This document shows, piece by piece, positions 49,953 to 62,100 of a stretch of DNA of 64,000 bases. Within the stretch, counting starts at the first letter, position 1. Every line of letters begins with the position of its first letter. The DNA comes from Verrucomicrobiia bacterium. GTDB taxonomy: Bacteria > Verrucomicrobiota > Verrucomicrobiia > Limisphaerales > UBA1319. A program made the position numbers and the translations under genes. The notes beneath the pieces were generated by a model. The model ran no database searches. It saw nothing but the letters and a program-made list of their open reading frames with translations, and was not told the origin of the DNA. The DNA is taken from assembly GCA_963664225.1 (NCBI GenBank), contig OY760937.1, positions 1,472,001-1,536,000 of the forward strand. Direction: 5' to 3'.

Positions 49953-51007
49953 GGCACCGGGATGGCATCGAAAATGGTCTGGATAATGACATCGCTGATG
50001 ATGCCCTGTGATTCCGCCTCATAGGAAAGGATGATCCTGTGTCGCAGGACATCCGGGCCGATCGTCTTGACATCCTGCGGAGTCACATAACCACGGCCCT
50101 GCATCAATGCCCATGCTTTGGCCGCCAGTGTCAGCGAAATCGTCGCGCGCGGTGATGCCCCAACCTGTATCAGATGCTTCAAGTCGAGCTTGTAATCACC
50201 CGGAAAACGTGTTGCAAACACCACCTTCACGATGTAATCCCGCACGTCCTCATGCACTTGAATCTCATAAACCCGCTCGCGTGCCCGCTGAATTTCATCC
50301 AACGTAACCATCGGACGCACCTTTGCGCCCGATTTTCCAAAAGTCATGGTATCAAGGATCCGACGTTCCTCCTCAAAGGTGGGATATCCAATGACCACCT
50401 TTAACATGAACCGATCCACCTGCGCCTCCGGTAAAGGATAGGTGCCCTCCTGGTCAATCGGATTCTCCGTGGCCAGCACAAGAAATGGATCCGGCAACGA
50501 CACCGTCTTTCCGCCCAGTGTAACCTGCCGTTCCTGCATGGCCTCGAGTAAAGCCGATTGAACCTTTGCGGGAGCGCGGTTGATCTCGTCGGCCAGCACC
50601 AGATTGGCAAAGACCGGGCCCGGGGTGGCACTATAATTCTTTTCCTCCGGATTGTAGATCAACGTGCCAACGATGTCTGCCGGCAGCAGGTCTGGAGTGA
50701 ATTGGATGCGGCTGAAATCGGCGTGTATGGCGGAGGCGAGCGTGCGGGCCGCCAGAGTTTTGGCCAGCCCTGGCACACCTTCCAACAGAATATGGCCGTT
50801 GGCGAGCAGACCCACCAGGAGGCGGTCCACAAGCTGCTGCTGTCCAACAATGGTGCGGGCGATTTCGGCGCGCAATCGTTTCACCCAGGCCGCGACTTCA
50901 CCAATTCCATCATCCAATCCTTCGACGTCCTGAACTACTGTGGAAGGTTGCGACAAATTCAGTGTGCTTTTCGTTTCGGCAATGGCCAGGGATTCGAAAG
51001 TATTCAT
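49949..51007 (-). CDS. moxR: MoxR family AAA+ ATPase
   Basis: LLEGVPGLAKT, RIQFTPDLLPAD, LADEINRAPAKVQSALLEAM, GASPRA. Confidence 0.93.
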   Translation of the reverse strand: MNTFESLAIAETKSTLNLSQPSTVVQDVEGLDDGIGEVAAWVKRLRAEIARTIVGQQQLVDRLLVGLLANGHILLEGVPGLAKTLAARTLASAIHADFSRIQFTPDLLPADIVGTLIYNPEEKNYSATPGPVFANLVLADEINRAPAKVQSALLEAMQERQVTLGGKTVSLPDPFLVLATENPIDQEGTYPLPEAQVDRFMLKVVIGYPTFEEERRILDTMTFGKSGAKVRPMVTLDEIQRARERVYEIQVHEDVRDYIVKVVFATRFPGDYKLDLKHLIQVGASPRATISLTLAAKAWALMQGRGYVTPQDVKTIGPDVLRHRIILSYEAESQGIISDVIIQTIFDAIPVP

Positions 51008-52944
51008 TCTGTCACCACCTCTAGTTGAGAGATGCTACCGGCGAAAAGTTTCTCCCCGTCGTAATCGCCAACCACAGCGCCGTTATCGTGTCCAACGCAA
51101 AAGTCTTCCTGCGGCTGTCTGGAAATCAATCCGGGTGCTTTCCCAGCGGCCAGCGGTTTTCCATCCACAACCAACGTCAAAGCGCCATCCCGGGCGAGAT
51201 GCGCTTCAAGTCGGAAGCGTCCCGACGGCGTGTTGCTCGCCACTATGGATACCGGCAGACCATCCTCGCGAACCGTAAAAACCGGCCTGCCTTCACGGAG
51301 GGAAAGCGCGTAACCGAATCCACTGCCGCCCTGTGCGACGATGACACCGTCACGCGTCGATGGCTCCACTTCCACAGAAATACGCAGAGACTTGCCGGCA
51401 ACTTGCGGCGCTTCGTTACTCTCCAGGACATTGCCGATGTCCAGTTTGTTGATCGGCCTCGAGTCGTAATGAGCGCCTAGGAGTTCCGCGGACGGTTCCT
51501 GGCCTGGGAGCCAAAGTCCGACCGGATGAGTCACGCGGCCTGGCGGGCGCACGCCGGGACCGAGGTTGGTGACACCAAGGTCGGCATCCATTTTTGCAAC
51601 GAGCGCCTGGAGCCGTTTCACAACCTCGGGATTATGAGCGGCAATGTTGTTTCTTTCTCCGATATCCGTGTCAAGGTTGTAAAGCGTCGGCGTAAACGGT
51701 TGGTCCGCGGCGGGTGTCGCCCTTGTGCCCGCGGCACGGAAGAGATTTTCATTCTGACGCGCGATGGCGAGTTTCCAGGGCCCGGAGCGCACGGCCTGAA
51801 GTTGGTTGCCGGAAAAGTAATAGTACGCTTCGTGAGGTGATTGGTTGCGCTGACCCAGGAGGATTGGAGAGATGTCCTCACCATCGATCCTGTTGTCCGA
51901 GGGCAGCGTGCCGCCCGAAAGTTTCACGAATGTGGGAAGTACATCGAAATTGGCGGCAACCGCATCGCTTGTGCTCCCGGCTGCGACTTTGCCGGGCCAC
52001 CACGCAATGGTCGGCTCGCGCACTCCACCCTCGAACGTGCCGCCCTTCCCGCCACGCAGCGGACCGGCCACACCGCCATTCGTCCCCTGAGTGAGCCACG
52101 GTCCGTTATCGCTGGTGAATATGACCAGGGTTTTTTCGGCAATGCCTTGCTCACGCAACGTGTCGAGCACTCGCCCAACGCTCGAGTCCAATTCCTCCAC
52201 CCAGTCGCCGAATGGGCCGTTGGCCGACTTGCCTTTAAACTTGTCGCCCGGGTGAACCGGTGTGTGGACGGCCGTGTGCGGCATATAAAGAAAGAATGGT
52301 TCATTCTTGTGATCACGAATGAACTTCACGGCTTCCGCAGTGTATCGCTCCGTGAGCCGGTCCTGGGCGGCGGGTGAAACCGTTTCGATCACCTGCCCGT
52401 CGCGCAAAAGCGGCAGAGGCGGACGGCGATTCGACTTGTTCGCGGCCAATGCGGGCTTGCTGGCCGTCTCACGCCCCCCCATGTCGTTCGAGTAAGGCAG
52501 TCCGAAATAGTGATCGAAACCGTGCCGTGTCGGCAGAAACTCCGCATGGTCGCCGACATGCCACTTCCCAATCGCCATGGTGGCATAGCCCTGTCGCTTG
52601 AGAAGTTCTGCGATCGTATGTTCGTTGGTGCTCAGGCCAATGGCCGCCGCCGGGGGGAGCACCTGTGGGAGCGAAACACGTTTGGCGTAAGAACCGGTAA
52701 GGATCTGTGCCCGCGAAGGGGTGCATACCGGTGCCGCATAAAAACTCGTCAACTTCATTCCTTCACGCGCCAATCGGTCCAGGTGGGGCGTGCGGTTTAT
52801 GGTCGAACCGAAGGGCCCAATGTCCCCGTAGCCCAGGTCGTCGGCCAGAATGAGGATAAAGTTGGGGCGGTCGGCCGCATGGGCGGCCATGAGTCCAAAG
52901 AGCAGCCCTGTAAGCAGGGTGATGCCAAAGCGGAGTTGTTTCAT
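51004..52944 (-). CDS. Arylsulfatase with C-terminal LamG-like domain
   Basis: Signal; DDLGYGD, CTPSR, GKWHVG, SDNG; extension DGVIVAQGG...EDFCVGHD. Confidence 0.92.
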   Translation of the reverse strand: MKQLRFGITLLTGLLFGLMAAHAADRPNFILILADDLGYGDIGPFGSTINRTPHLDRLAREGMKLTSFYAAPVCTPSRAQILTGSYAKRVSLPQVLPPAAAIGLSTNEHTIAELLKRQGYATMAIGKWHVGDHAEFLPTRHGFDHYFGLPYSNDMGGRETASKPALAANKSNRRPPLPLLRDGQVIETVSPAAQDRLTERYTAEAVKFIRDHKNEPFFLYMPHTAVHTPVHPGDKFKGKSANGPFGDWVEELDSSVGRVLDTLREQGIAEKTLVIFTSDNGPWLTQGTNGGVAGPLRGGKGGTFEGGVREPTIAWWPGKVAAGSTSDAVAANFDVLPTFVKLSGGTLPSDNRIDGEDISPILLGQRNQSPHEAYYYFSGNQLQAVRSGPWKLAIARQNENLFRAAGTRATPAADQPFTPTLYNLDTDIGERNNIAAHNPEVVKRLQALVAKMDADLGVTNLGPGVRPPGRVTHPVGLWLPGQEPSAELLGAHYDSRPINKLDIGNVLESNEAPQVAGKSLRISVEVEPSTRDGVIVAQGGSGFGYALSLREGRPVFTVREDGLPVSIVASNTPSGRFRLEAHLARDGALTLVVDGKPLAAGKAPGLISRQPQEDFCVGHDNGAVVGDYDGEKLFAGSISQLEVVTE

Positions 52945-52992
52945 AATATGAGTAAGCTTAAGGAGGCGCGTTCAAATATTGCTCACAGGTTC

Positions 52993-54546
52993 TTATCGGG
53001 ATTTTCCATTCCCGGGACCGCCCGGGTTTGCATCCACGCCTTGCGCCGGTTGTTCCAAGGCGAATTGATCATTATCCCTGAGTTCCTTCTTCAATCGGTA
53101 GAGCTCTGTTTTCAGTTTGGCGACAGTCCCGACTTGCGCAGGGTCGTTGTAGAGATTGTGCAATTCCGCCGGGTCATGGAGGAGATCATACAATTCCCAT
53201 TGGTCCTTCTTATGGAAGTAAATGAGCTTGTGTGTCTCCGTACGGACGCCGTAGTGAGCGCGGGTATTGTGATCGCCGGGGTCGTGGTAATAACGGTAAT
53301 ACCAACTGGTGCGCCAGTCAGTGGGGCGTTTGCCGGTCAGTAACGGGACCAGGCTGCGACCCTGCATGTCGGCGGGCACGGGAAGGCCCGCGATTTCCAT
53401 GAAGGTCGGCGCAAAATCCACGTTAATGGCCATCGCCGTTTCCGTGGTGGCCGGTTTAACGACTCCCGGCCATCGGACCAGGAACGGCATGCGAATGGAT
53501 TCCTCGTACATGAACCGTTTATCGAATAAACCATGGTCGCCGAGGAAGAATCCTTGATCGCTGGTGTAGATGACAATTGTGTTCGTGCTCAGCCCGGTTT
53601 GGTCAAGGAAGTCGAGCAACCGTCCGACGTTGTCGTCCACGGACTGCACGCAAGCGAGGTAGTCCTGCATGTAACGCTGGTATTTCCATTTCTTGAGTTC
53701 ATCCCCTGCTAGGATCTTCTTTTCGCCATTGAGTTCGATCTCCACCTCAGCCGGCTTGACTGCCAGCCATTTGTTGCGCTCCCCCCCTTTGAGCGAGGCA
53801 GGCGGTTCAAGTTTTAGGTCGCGCCGACTGAGGTCGTCGAACACCCGCTGGCGATTTTCATGCAGGGCATCCGTGCGCCCGGCGTAATCGTCCTGCAAAG
53901 TTGACGGCTCGGGCAACTCCTTATTGGCGAACAGGGCCTTGTTTTTGGCGTCGGGCTCCCAACTTCGGTGCGGGGCCTTGTGCTGGCACATAAGAAAGAA
54001 AGGTTTGTCTTTGGGGCGGTTCTTGAGGAACTCAATGGACAGATCGGTGATGACATCGGTGACGTAACCGGGGAAGTTGGTGCGTCCATCGGGGGTGAGA
54101 AAGGTGGGATTGAAATAGACCCCCTGGCCGGGCAGGATGCTCCAGGAATCAAAGCCGGTTGGATCGCTGCCCAAGTGCCATTTGCCGATCATGCCGGTGT
54201 GGTAACCGGCGGCCTGGAGATATTTGGCGACGGTCGGTTGCGAGCCATCAAAGCGGTTGAAGACAGGCACCCCGTTGATGTGGCTGTACTTGCCAGTGAG
54301 AATCGCTGCCCGGCTCGGGGTGCAGATGGAGTTGACCGCGAACACACGATCAAACCGGATGCCTTCCCTGGCCAGACGGTCCAGATTGGGCGTTTGATTG
54401 ACACGGCTGCCGTACGCGCTGATGGCGTGGGCAGCGTGATCGTCCGACATGATGTAGAGGATGTTTGGTCTGGCTGGGCATTCGGCACCGCCCAGGCCCA
54501 AGCTGAAAGACAGGAATACCGCCAGTGTGACGAACAAGACTTTCAC
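52993..54546 (-). CDS. Sulfatase (N-acetylglucosamine-6-sulfatase-like subfamily)
   Basis: SDDH, CTPSRA, HKAPHR, SDQGFFLGDHG.FDKRFMYEES, YYRYY. Confidence 0.92.
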   Translation of the reverse strand: MKVLFVTLAVFLSFSLGLGGAECPARPNILYIMSDDHAAHAISAYGSRVNQTPNLDRLAREGIRFDRVFAVNSICTPSRAAILTGKYSHINGVPVFNRFDGSQPTVAKYLQAAGYHTGMIGKWHLGSDPTGFDSWSILPGQGVYFNPTFLTPDGRTNFPGYVTDVITDLSIEFLKNRPKDKPFFLMCQHKAPHRSWEPDAKNKALFANKELPEPSTLQDDYAGRTDALHENRQRVFDDLSRRDLKLEPPASLKGGERNKWLAVKPAEVEIELNGEKKILAGDELKKWKYQRYMQDYLACVQSVDDNVGRLLDFLDQTGLSTNTIVIYTSDQGFFLGDHGLFDKRFMYEESIRMPFLVRWPGVVKPATTETAMAINVDFAPTFMEIAGLPVPADMQGRSLVPLLTGKRPTDWRTSWYYRYYHDPGDHNTRAHYGVRTETHKLIYFHKKDQWELYDLLHDPAELHNLYNDPAQVGTVAKLKTELYRLKKELRDNDQFALEQPAQGVDANPGGPGNGKSR

Positions 54547-56000
54547 TCTTCTTCTCCCCACACTTTTGGTGTTTTGAAGCCCTTGGTTACGGGTGCGGAC
54601 TTTGGTGGCACGGCAGTTTTGGCGAAGACCTCGAGACGGGCGCGCAGTTCCTTCACCTTCTCCGGTTGTGCCGCCGCCAGATCGTTCTTCTCGTATGGAT
54701 CCCGGGCCAGATTGAATAGTTCGACGAGTTCTTTGGTTGATGCCGCCGCCAGACTTTCGCGGCGCGGTTGAATTGTTTCGCCATCATTCTCGCCATCGCC
54801 AGCAGCCACTTTCCCATTCAACACCAATTTCCAGTCACCAACGCGAATCGCGCCGTTCTGGGGCGTTGAATTAAGCAGGATCTCCGAATGCGGCGATGGC
54901 TTGCCTTCAGCGATGGTGGGCCAGGCGTCCCTGCCGTCCAGCGGCAGCTTCTGTTCTAGTGAAACGCCGACAAGGTTCAGCAACGTGGGATACCAGTCAA
55001 CGATATGGAGGGGCTCGTTCACTATGGAGCCCGGCTTGATGCGTCCATCCCAGGTCGCAAACGCCGCGACCCGGGTGCCGCCTTCGTAAAGGGTGCCTTT
55101 ACCAGCCCGCAACGGGCCATTGCTGGTGACCCGGCCTGGTGCGGGGCCGCCGTTATCACTGGAGAAGATGATGAGTGTGTTCTGGCGCAAACCCTTGTTC
55201 TCCAGCGCTGCGATGATCGTGCCGATGGCTTCGTCCATCGCGGCGACCATGCCTGCATACGTGCGGCGCGGCTCCTTGAGTTGCGCGTACGGCTCCTTGT
55301 ATTTCTCCGGCACCTGATGGGGTGCGTGAACGGCATTGAAGGGCACATAAAGAAACAGAGGCTTGCTCACATTGTGCTCGGTGATGAGCCGCGCCGCCTC
55401 CCTGGCGTTGAGAAATGTGGTGTAGCCTTCATCTCGTGAAACCTTGTCATCCCGATGCCAGTCGAAACCGCCATCACGGATGTGCGTGAAGTAATCCAAA
55501 GCGCCATTGTAATGACCGTATTGATGGTCGAAGCCGCGTCGGGTCGGCAGATAGGCAGGCTCGAAATGGCCCAGATGCCACTTGCCGACAATGGCCGTCT
55601 CGTAGCCGGCTTCCTTCAACGCCTGAGGCAACGTGCGTTCCTCCAGCGGCAAACCGTATTGCGCCCATGGACGCACCACGCCGACCTGCAAACCGTGCCG
55701 GATGGGATAACGCCCGGTCATGAGTCCGGCTCGTGTTGGCGAGCAAACTGGCTGCACATAGAACTGCTCCAACCGCGCACCGGCAGTGGCGAGCCTGTCG
55801 ATATTAGGCGTCTTGATTTCGCTGCCGTGAAAACCGACATCGCCCCAACCAAGATCGTCGGCAAGGATATACACTATATTGGGACGTCGGGAGAATTGGC
55901 CTCCCGGGAGTTCGGCGGACTGATTGGCGCCAGCCACGTTCAGGCCTGGCGCGGCGATGGCGATCGCCATCCAAAGAGCGATAATATTCTGCGTTATCAT
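54543..56000 (-). CDS. Arylsulfatase B-like sulfatase
   Basis: DDLGWGD, QPVCSPTR, GKWHLG, NAVHAP, SDNGG. Confidence 0.92.
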   Translation of the reverse strand: MITQNIIALWMAIAIAAPGLNVAGANQSAELPGGQFSRRPNIVYILADDLGWGDVGFHGSEIKTPNIDRLATAGARLEQFYVQPVCSPTRAGLMTGRYPIRHGLQVGVVRPWAQYGLPLEERTLPQALKEAGYETAIVGKWHLGHFEPAYLPTRRGFDHQYGHYNGALDYFTHIRDGGFDWHRDDKVSRDEGYTTFLNAREAARLITEHNVSKPLFLYVPFNAVHAPHQVPEKYKEPYAQLKEPRRTYAGMVAAMDEAIGTIIAALENKGLRQNTLIIFSSDNGGPAPGRVTSNGPLRAGKGTLYEGGTRVAAFATWDGRIKPGSIVNEPLHIVDWYPTLLNLVGVSLEQKLPLDGRDAWPTIAEGKPSPHSEILLNSTPQNGAIRVGDWKLVLNGKVAAGDGENDGETIQPRRESLAAASTKELVELFNLARDPYEKNDLAAAQPEKVKELRARLEVFAKTAVPPKSAPVTKGFKTPKVWGEEE

Positions 56001-56186
56001 ATCAAACCGTCCTATTTTGTAATATTGTTTTGATGGCTGTCCCGCCTCTCATCGCTTCCATTATTTGGATCCCATTTTGGTTCAGATTGACCGCGCCAGG
56101 CTGCGGAGGACGCTGCCCGACACGGTTGATGCACGAACTCAGGAGGGATTCATTGGCAGATTAATGACTTGGCGATCACGGACTGG

Positions 56187-59100
56187 CTATCGAACCAACC
56201 TGAAGAATCCAATCGTGTTGTTTGTGCTTGATTCCCGATATGGGCTTGCGGCTCCATCAACTTCCGTAAATGGACCTTTTATGTCGGATGCCCGTTGCAA
56301 CCTGGCGGCGCCTTCCCAAGTGATGATCAATGTTTTACTTTCAACCCGGTAGCCGCCGAATACCGGCAGCACAAGTAGAGGAGGTGGGGTAACCGCCGCC
56401 TGGTAATGCGCTGTGACGCGATCGCTGGTCAGGGCATGATTATAGAGCGACAGTTCGTCAATGACTCCGCTGAAGAAATCATTGGTGCTGACCACCACGC
56501 CATCGTGACGTAAAAACTTGTCACCGTTGCCAATTTGAGTGCCGCTGCCCGTGTGGTTGTAGATTTGCCCTGCCCCGACCGCTTCGCCCGCGAGAATCCC
56601 ATTGGTATACAACCGCAATTGGCCCGCAAATCCCGAATTATCTCCGTCCAGCACAGCCACCACGTGATAACTTTCATTCACCCGCACGGGCGCGCTCACA
56701 TACACCGCACTGTTGCTGCTTCCCAATAAGTTTCCCCACGGCGAGCCAGGCCCCTCGCTTTTGTTATTGAGGGCCTGCCAGACCAGAAGCGCCTCATCCG
56801 GAGTATCGCTGTCTTGAGTGCCGTAAAGATATAGTCCCAATCCCCGGTTTCCGGCGCCCTGTTTGTAAAGCACTGGCGCCTGCACATTGGTTCCACCCCG
56901 GGGCAGACTTGCTGCCTTAAACCAGAATTCGACGGTTTTCTTTGCCCACGGCCCCACGGTGCCATTCAAATCAGAACCATTTGGAATAGTGATGCTCTGC
57001 TTCTGGGCGGCATCGAGTTGAACGGCGGTTCGGTTCAAATTCGTAGCCAGTCCAGGAACCCCCAATTTCGGCCCGTTAATATAAGTTCCCTGTGCCGTAA
57101 TAAGCGTGTCCAGTTTGGCGGTCAGACTATAGGCAATGCTGCCATTGGTTTCGCCAAACGGCCAGTACCTTACCGGATCATCGGCAAGGACCTCCTCGGC
57201 GTAGCTCACCTCTGTCTGGAACGTCACTTTTGTGTTCAACACATTGGGAATCCCAGCCCGGTCCCGAATGCCGCTGATAGTCAACTGATAAGCCTGACCC
57301 GTGGTTTGCGGACTGGTTCGGAGCGTTACCTGGCGTGCGCTGGAATCAAGGATGGCTCCCAGGATTTGCAGCGGCGCCACAGCGTAATTGGCCGTATTCG
57401 TCGCGGTGACTTCGTCCACCGGCTCATCAAAAACAAGACGCACTTCATTCAGAGTTCCCCCAAAACCCCGAACCTGCTGAAGCACCGGCGCGGCAATGTC
57501 GCTTTGCACCGTGACTTGCGCCGTGGAACTGCTCGTTTCGCTGAATTCATTTCGCAAGGTGACGCGGTAGCTGCCTTCCGTATTGGCAGAAAGAACCAAA
57601 GTGAGCTCGCGATTTGTAACTCCAGGTAAAACCGTGTTATTCCGATACCACTCGTACGTGTAAGGGCTTGCCCCCGTCGGAGTCACCGTCAAGATCACCA
57701 CGCTATTCTCCAAGCCGGTCAGGTTTGTCAAATCATGCCCGGGCACAATGCCAACCGGTCCGATATTATAGGGCTGGCCTGCGGGCGCGGCAAAAGCAAA
57801 CGTCACGACCGTCGGATTGGGGGTGAGACGGCTCGGCTGTGCGGCTTGATCGAGGACGTCGCGAATAGTCAGCTCATATTGGGTCCCAAGCTGGAAGTTA
57901 AAGCTTCCGGCAAGTTGAACGGAACTTTGGTCCGCCAGCAATACCGCCGTGGTAATGGGCACATTCGCTCCCGCCAGACTCCGCAGAGAATAATTTGCCA
58001 GATTCGTCGAGGTGGCCGGATCAACCGGCTCGTTGAATGTGACCCGAACCCCGTTGGGATTACCCCGATGGTCCACGGTTTGAACCGCAGGCGGAATCAA
58101 GTTGGATGCGTCATGAGTTATTGCCAGTTGATGAAGCGCCGTCACGCGCTCGCCGGTCAGGGCCTCGTTGAAAAGTGCCAACTCATCCAGGATGCCGCTG
58201 AATGGGCTTTTGCTGGCTGGATTGCCGCCGTCGTGCAAAAGCACGTCGCCATTGGCAATCTGGATGTTTGAACTGTGGTTGTATAATTGCCCGGCTCCAG
58301 GAGCTGTTCCTGCCAGCACGCCGTTGGTGTAAAGCCGCAATTCGCCGGCAACCCCGTTTGTATCGCCATCCAGGACCGCGACCACATCATAAACCTCACC
58401 CAGGCGAATGGGGGCCGACACATAAACCGAGGTGCTGCCGTCACCGACTTTTGTGCCCCAGGGCGAACCGGCCCCTTCCGACAGATTGTTAAAAGCGTTT
58501 AACACCAACAAGGCTTCTGTCGGATTGGCCACATCCTGGCTGCCATACAAATAGAGTGTCAAACCACGATTTGCACCCCCTTGTTCAAAGACCACTGCGC
58601 TTCCGTTGGTGCTCCCGCCGCGTGGCAACGAGGTCGCCTTAAACCATAGGCTGATCGATTTTTTCGCCCAGGGACCGGAGGTGATGTTCACATCCACCCC
58701 GTTGGGCACATTGATGCTCTGGTTTCTGGCGCCATCAAACTGAATCGCGGTGGAACCTCCCAAATTAGCCACCAGTCCCGGGACGCCAAATTGAGGTCCG
58801 TTTACCAGCGTCGCCTGCCCCGTAGTCAGGGGATCGTTAATCGTGGTTAAACTGTTTGCGATCGGACTGCCATCTATTTCCTCAAAGCGCCAGTAACGCG
58901 CGGGAACATCGGCCACAATCTCGTCGTTGTAGTGGCGCGACGTCACAAAATTGACTTGTGCGAACAATGGACTCGCCGATATGGACTGGTCGGTAATCCC
59001 GTTCAGATGCAGAACATAATTGGCGTCCGGAGTCAGAGGTGATGTTTCCAGCACCACCGAGCGTCCGTCAGCCGATTGGCTGGCGGACAGAATCTGGGCC

Positions 59101-62100
59101 CTGTCCACTGAGTAAAGACTCGCATTGGTTGCAGTGGCGGGGCTCAAGGCTTCATCGAATTGGATCTCCACTTCACTTCGAATCGTGGCCAAGCCCCGGA
59201 CAGCCACAATGCGCGGAGGCAATGTGTCGGGCTGAACGACAAGACTGGCCGTCCGGCTGATCACACCGCTGAACTCATTGCTGATCGTCACATAATACTG
59301 TCCAGCCGTTGCCGGGGCGCCAACGACTTGAAGCAATCGATTCGTCTCACCCGCGAGCGCTGTGTTATTCTGATACCATTGGTATTTGAATGGACTGGCG
59401 CCCTGGGGCACGATTGAAAACGTGGTCGTTGCGGTCTCGTTGATCGTGCGATCCACCAAATCCGTTCCCGATTGAATGGTGACCGGACCCAGGTCCCCAT
59501 CCGCATAATTAATCCGGATATCATCCAGCCAATGCGATTCAAAGGCACTGCTGGTGCGGGCGCCAAAACCGATCTGGGCATTTTTCAAGCCGGTAAAACC
59601 TGTGGAAAATTGTTCCAGAATGGTGGTGCCACCATAGGTCAATGTTAACCGGCCATCCCGCTTTAGATTGATATCCACGTCCACCCATCCGGTGGTGGTT
59701 AAGGCGGGTACTGGAGCGACTCCCGTTGGAACATTGGTGATCACCTGGCCCTTCCACTTAACCGCAATGGATGGAGAAACATCGGCGAGTCCTGATTTTG
59801 CGGTGTCAAACGCCACGATGAATCCCTGACCGGTCGTCGTGATGGCGTTGGCATTGTAACCCTCTTCCGGATAAGGATACGTGCCCGCGGGCAAATCCGA
59901 CGCGAGGTTGAAGCTGAATCCTTCTCCGGCCGGGATGCTGGCATCGGAAATCCTCGTCTTAAAACTCACTCGGATTTGTTCCACATCATTGCGCTCGGTA
60001 AAGAGAATGCTCCCATTCTGGTTGGAACTTCCATCCGTCAGCTTCAGGTATCCGCTGCCATCATAGCTGTTATTGGTCCGCACTTCCGTGTTGCCATATT
60101 TCTTGATGGTTGCGGGCAAAGCGCCGTTAAAGTCATACAACACACCGCTCGAAGCCTGGTATGTCAATGGGAGCGACGTTGGATTAGGCTGCAGCGTGCG
60201 ACCTGTTGGAGAGCTGTCTTTTAAATCATGTGCCAGCAGTTGATAGCTCTGGCCGGGCTGGAAATTGAAGGATCCAGCCAATTGGACACTGCTCGCATCA
60301 TCCAGCAAAGTGGCGGATTGAATGGCTAATGGCGTGCCGTTGGCCGACGATAACGTGTAATGGTCGATCGCCGTTGCCAATGCAGGAGATAGAAAGTCCG
60401 AGAATAATACCCGCACCCCGTTGGGATTGCCCCGCGTATCCACCTGGGTAATCGTCAAAGGTTGCTGCTGAATCCCCACGTCCACCGTGTTGGCAAAGTT
60501 ATAAAGCACCGTCACCCGCTCGGTGGTCAATGCGGTATTGTAGATTGCCAACTCATCAATCACACCATCGAATGGGCTCTTATTGGATGGATTGACACCG
60601 TCATGAAGCAGAATAGTGCCATTGCCAATTTGAATATTGCTGGAATGATTATAGAGCTGCCCGGCGCCTTTGGCGGTTCCCGCCAATGTTCCGTTCAGGT
60701 ACAGACGCAATTCGCCGGCTGTTCCGGTTTTGTCGCCGTCGAGAACGGCGACGACATGATATACCTGGCCAGTTTGGACAGGCGTTGACACATACACAGA
60801 CGAGCTGCCATCGCCACTCTTGGTCCCCCAAGGAGAACCCGGCCCATCCGTTAAGTTATTAAATGCGTTGAATGCCAGCAAGGCTTCTGAGGGATTCGCC
60901 ACATCCTGGCTGCCGTACAAATAGATCCCATATCCCCGATTAACCCCACCGGCCTCAAAGATCACGGCGCTTCCCTTGGCGGCTCCCCCGGAGGGCAACG
61001 AGGTCGCCTTGAACCAGAAGGAAATGGTCCGCTTGTCCCAGGGACCTGTATTAATGTTCAAATCTGAACCGTTAGGCACGGTGATGCTTTGAATCCTGGC
61101 GGCGTCAAATTGGATGGCTGTGGATCCAACCAGATTGGAAACAAGTCCGGGCACACCAAGTTTTGGTCCATTGACCAAAACCGATTGCCCTGTAATCAAA
61201 GGATCCAGCAGTGTAACGAGGCTGTCAACCGTTCCACTATTCTCTGCTTCCTCAAAGCGCCAATAACGGACGGGCTGATCTGCGAGCGCTTCCTCTGAAT
61301 AGGTCTTCGTGCCACGGAAGCGGACCAGTGTTGTCAACGCATTGCCAGCCACCGATATATCTTTCAATCCGTAAATGTGCAGGACATAGGAGAAGCCGAT
61401 GTTTTGAGGTGATGTCGTCAGAATGACCCACCGGGCATCCGCGGAAAGTCGGGCACTGAGAATTTGCAGCCCATCCACCCTGTAAATGCTGGCGTTGGTC
61501 GCTGTCGAGATGTCGAGTGCTTCATCAAATTCAAGTTGCACCTCGCTATTGGCTCCCGCCAGTCCCCGGATGGAAACCAGTCGCGGCGGAGTGGTGTCTT
61601 TGATGAATCCAACTGCAGCCACCCGGCTGGTCACGCTGCTGAACTCATTGCTGATCACCACCTTGTATTGCCCGACTGCGCCTGCTGTGGCCGTGAAGTG
61701 GAGAACATGGTTTGTTTCCGGGAGAATGGCGGTGTTATTAAAATACCACTGATAATAAAAGGGCGAGGCACCCGCCAATTGCACCGATAAATCGACCGCC
61801 TGGTTTTCAGCCGCCTGGACATCCTGCAAATCCGTCGTAATGCTTACCGGACCAAGTCCACCATCGACCGGCGCCACAAACGAAAACGAACTGACGGTGG
61901 GATTCGGGTCCAGACTGTTGGCGGTTAATGCCTGGTCCTTGATGTCACGCACTGTCAATTGATAGCTTTGACCCACCTGGAAATTAAATATTCCCGCCAA
62001 TTGGACACTCGTGCCAGCGTTCAATGACTTTGCCGACTGAATGACCAGCACCGCACCGCCGGGGCCCTGCAGGCTGTAATGGCTTAAGTTTGTCGCGGCA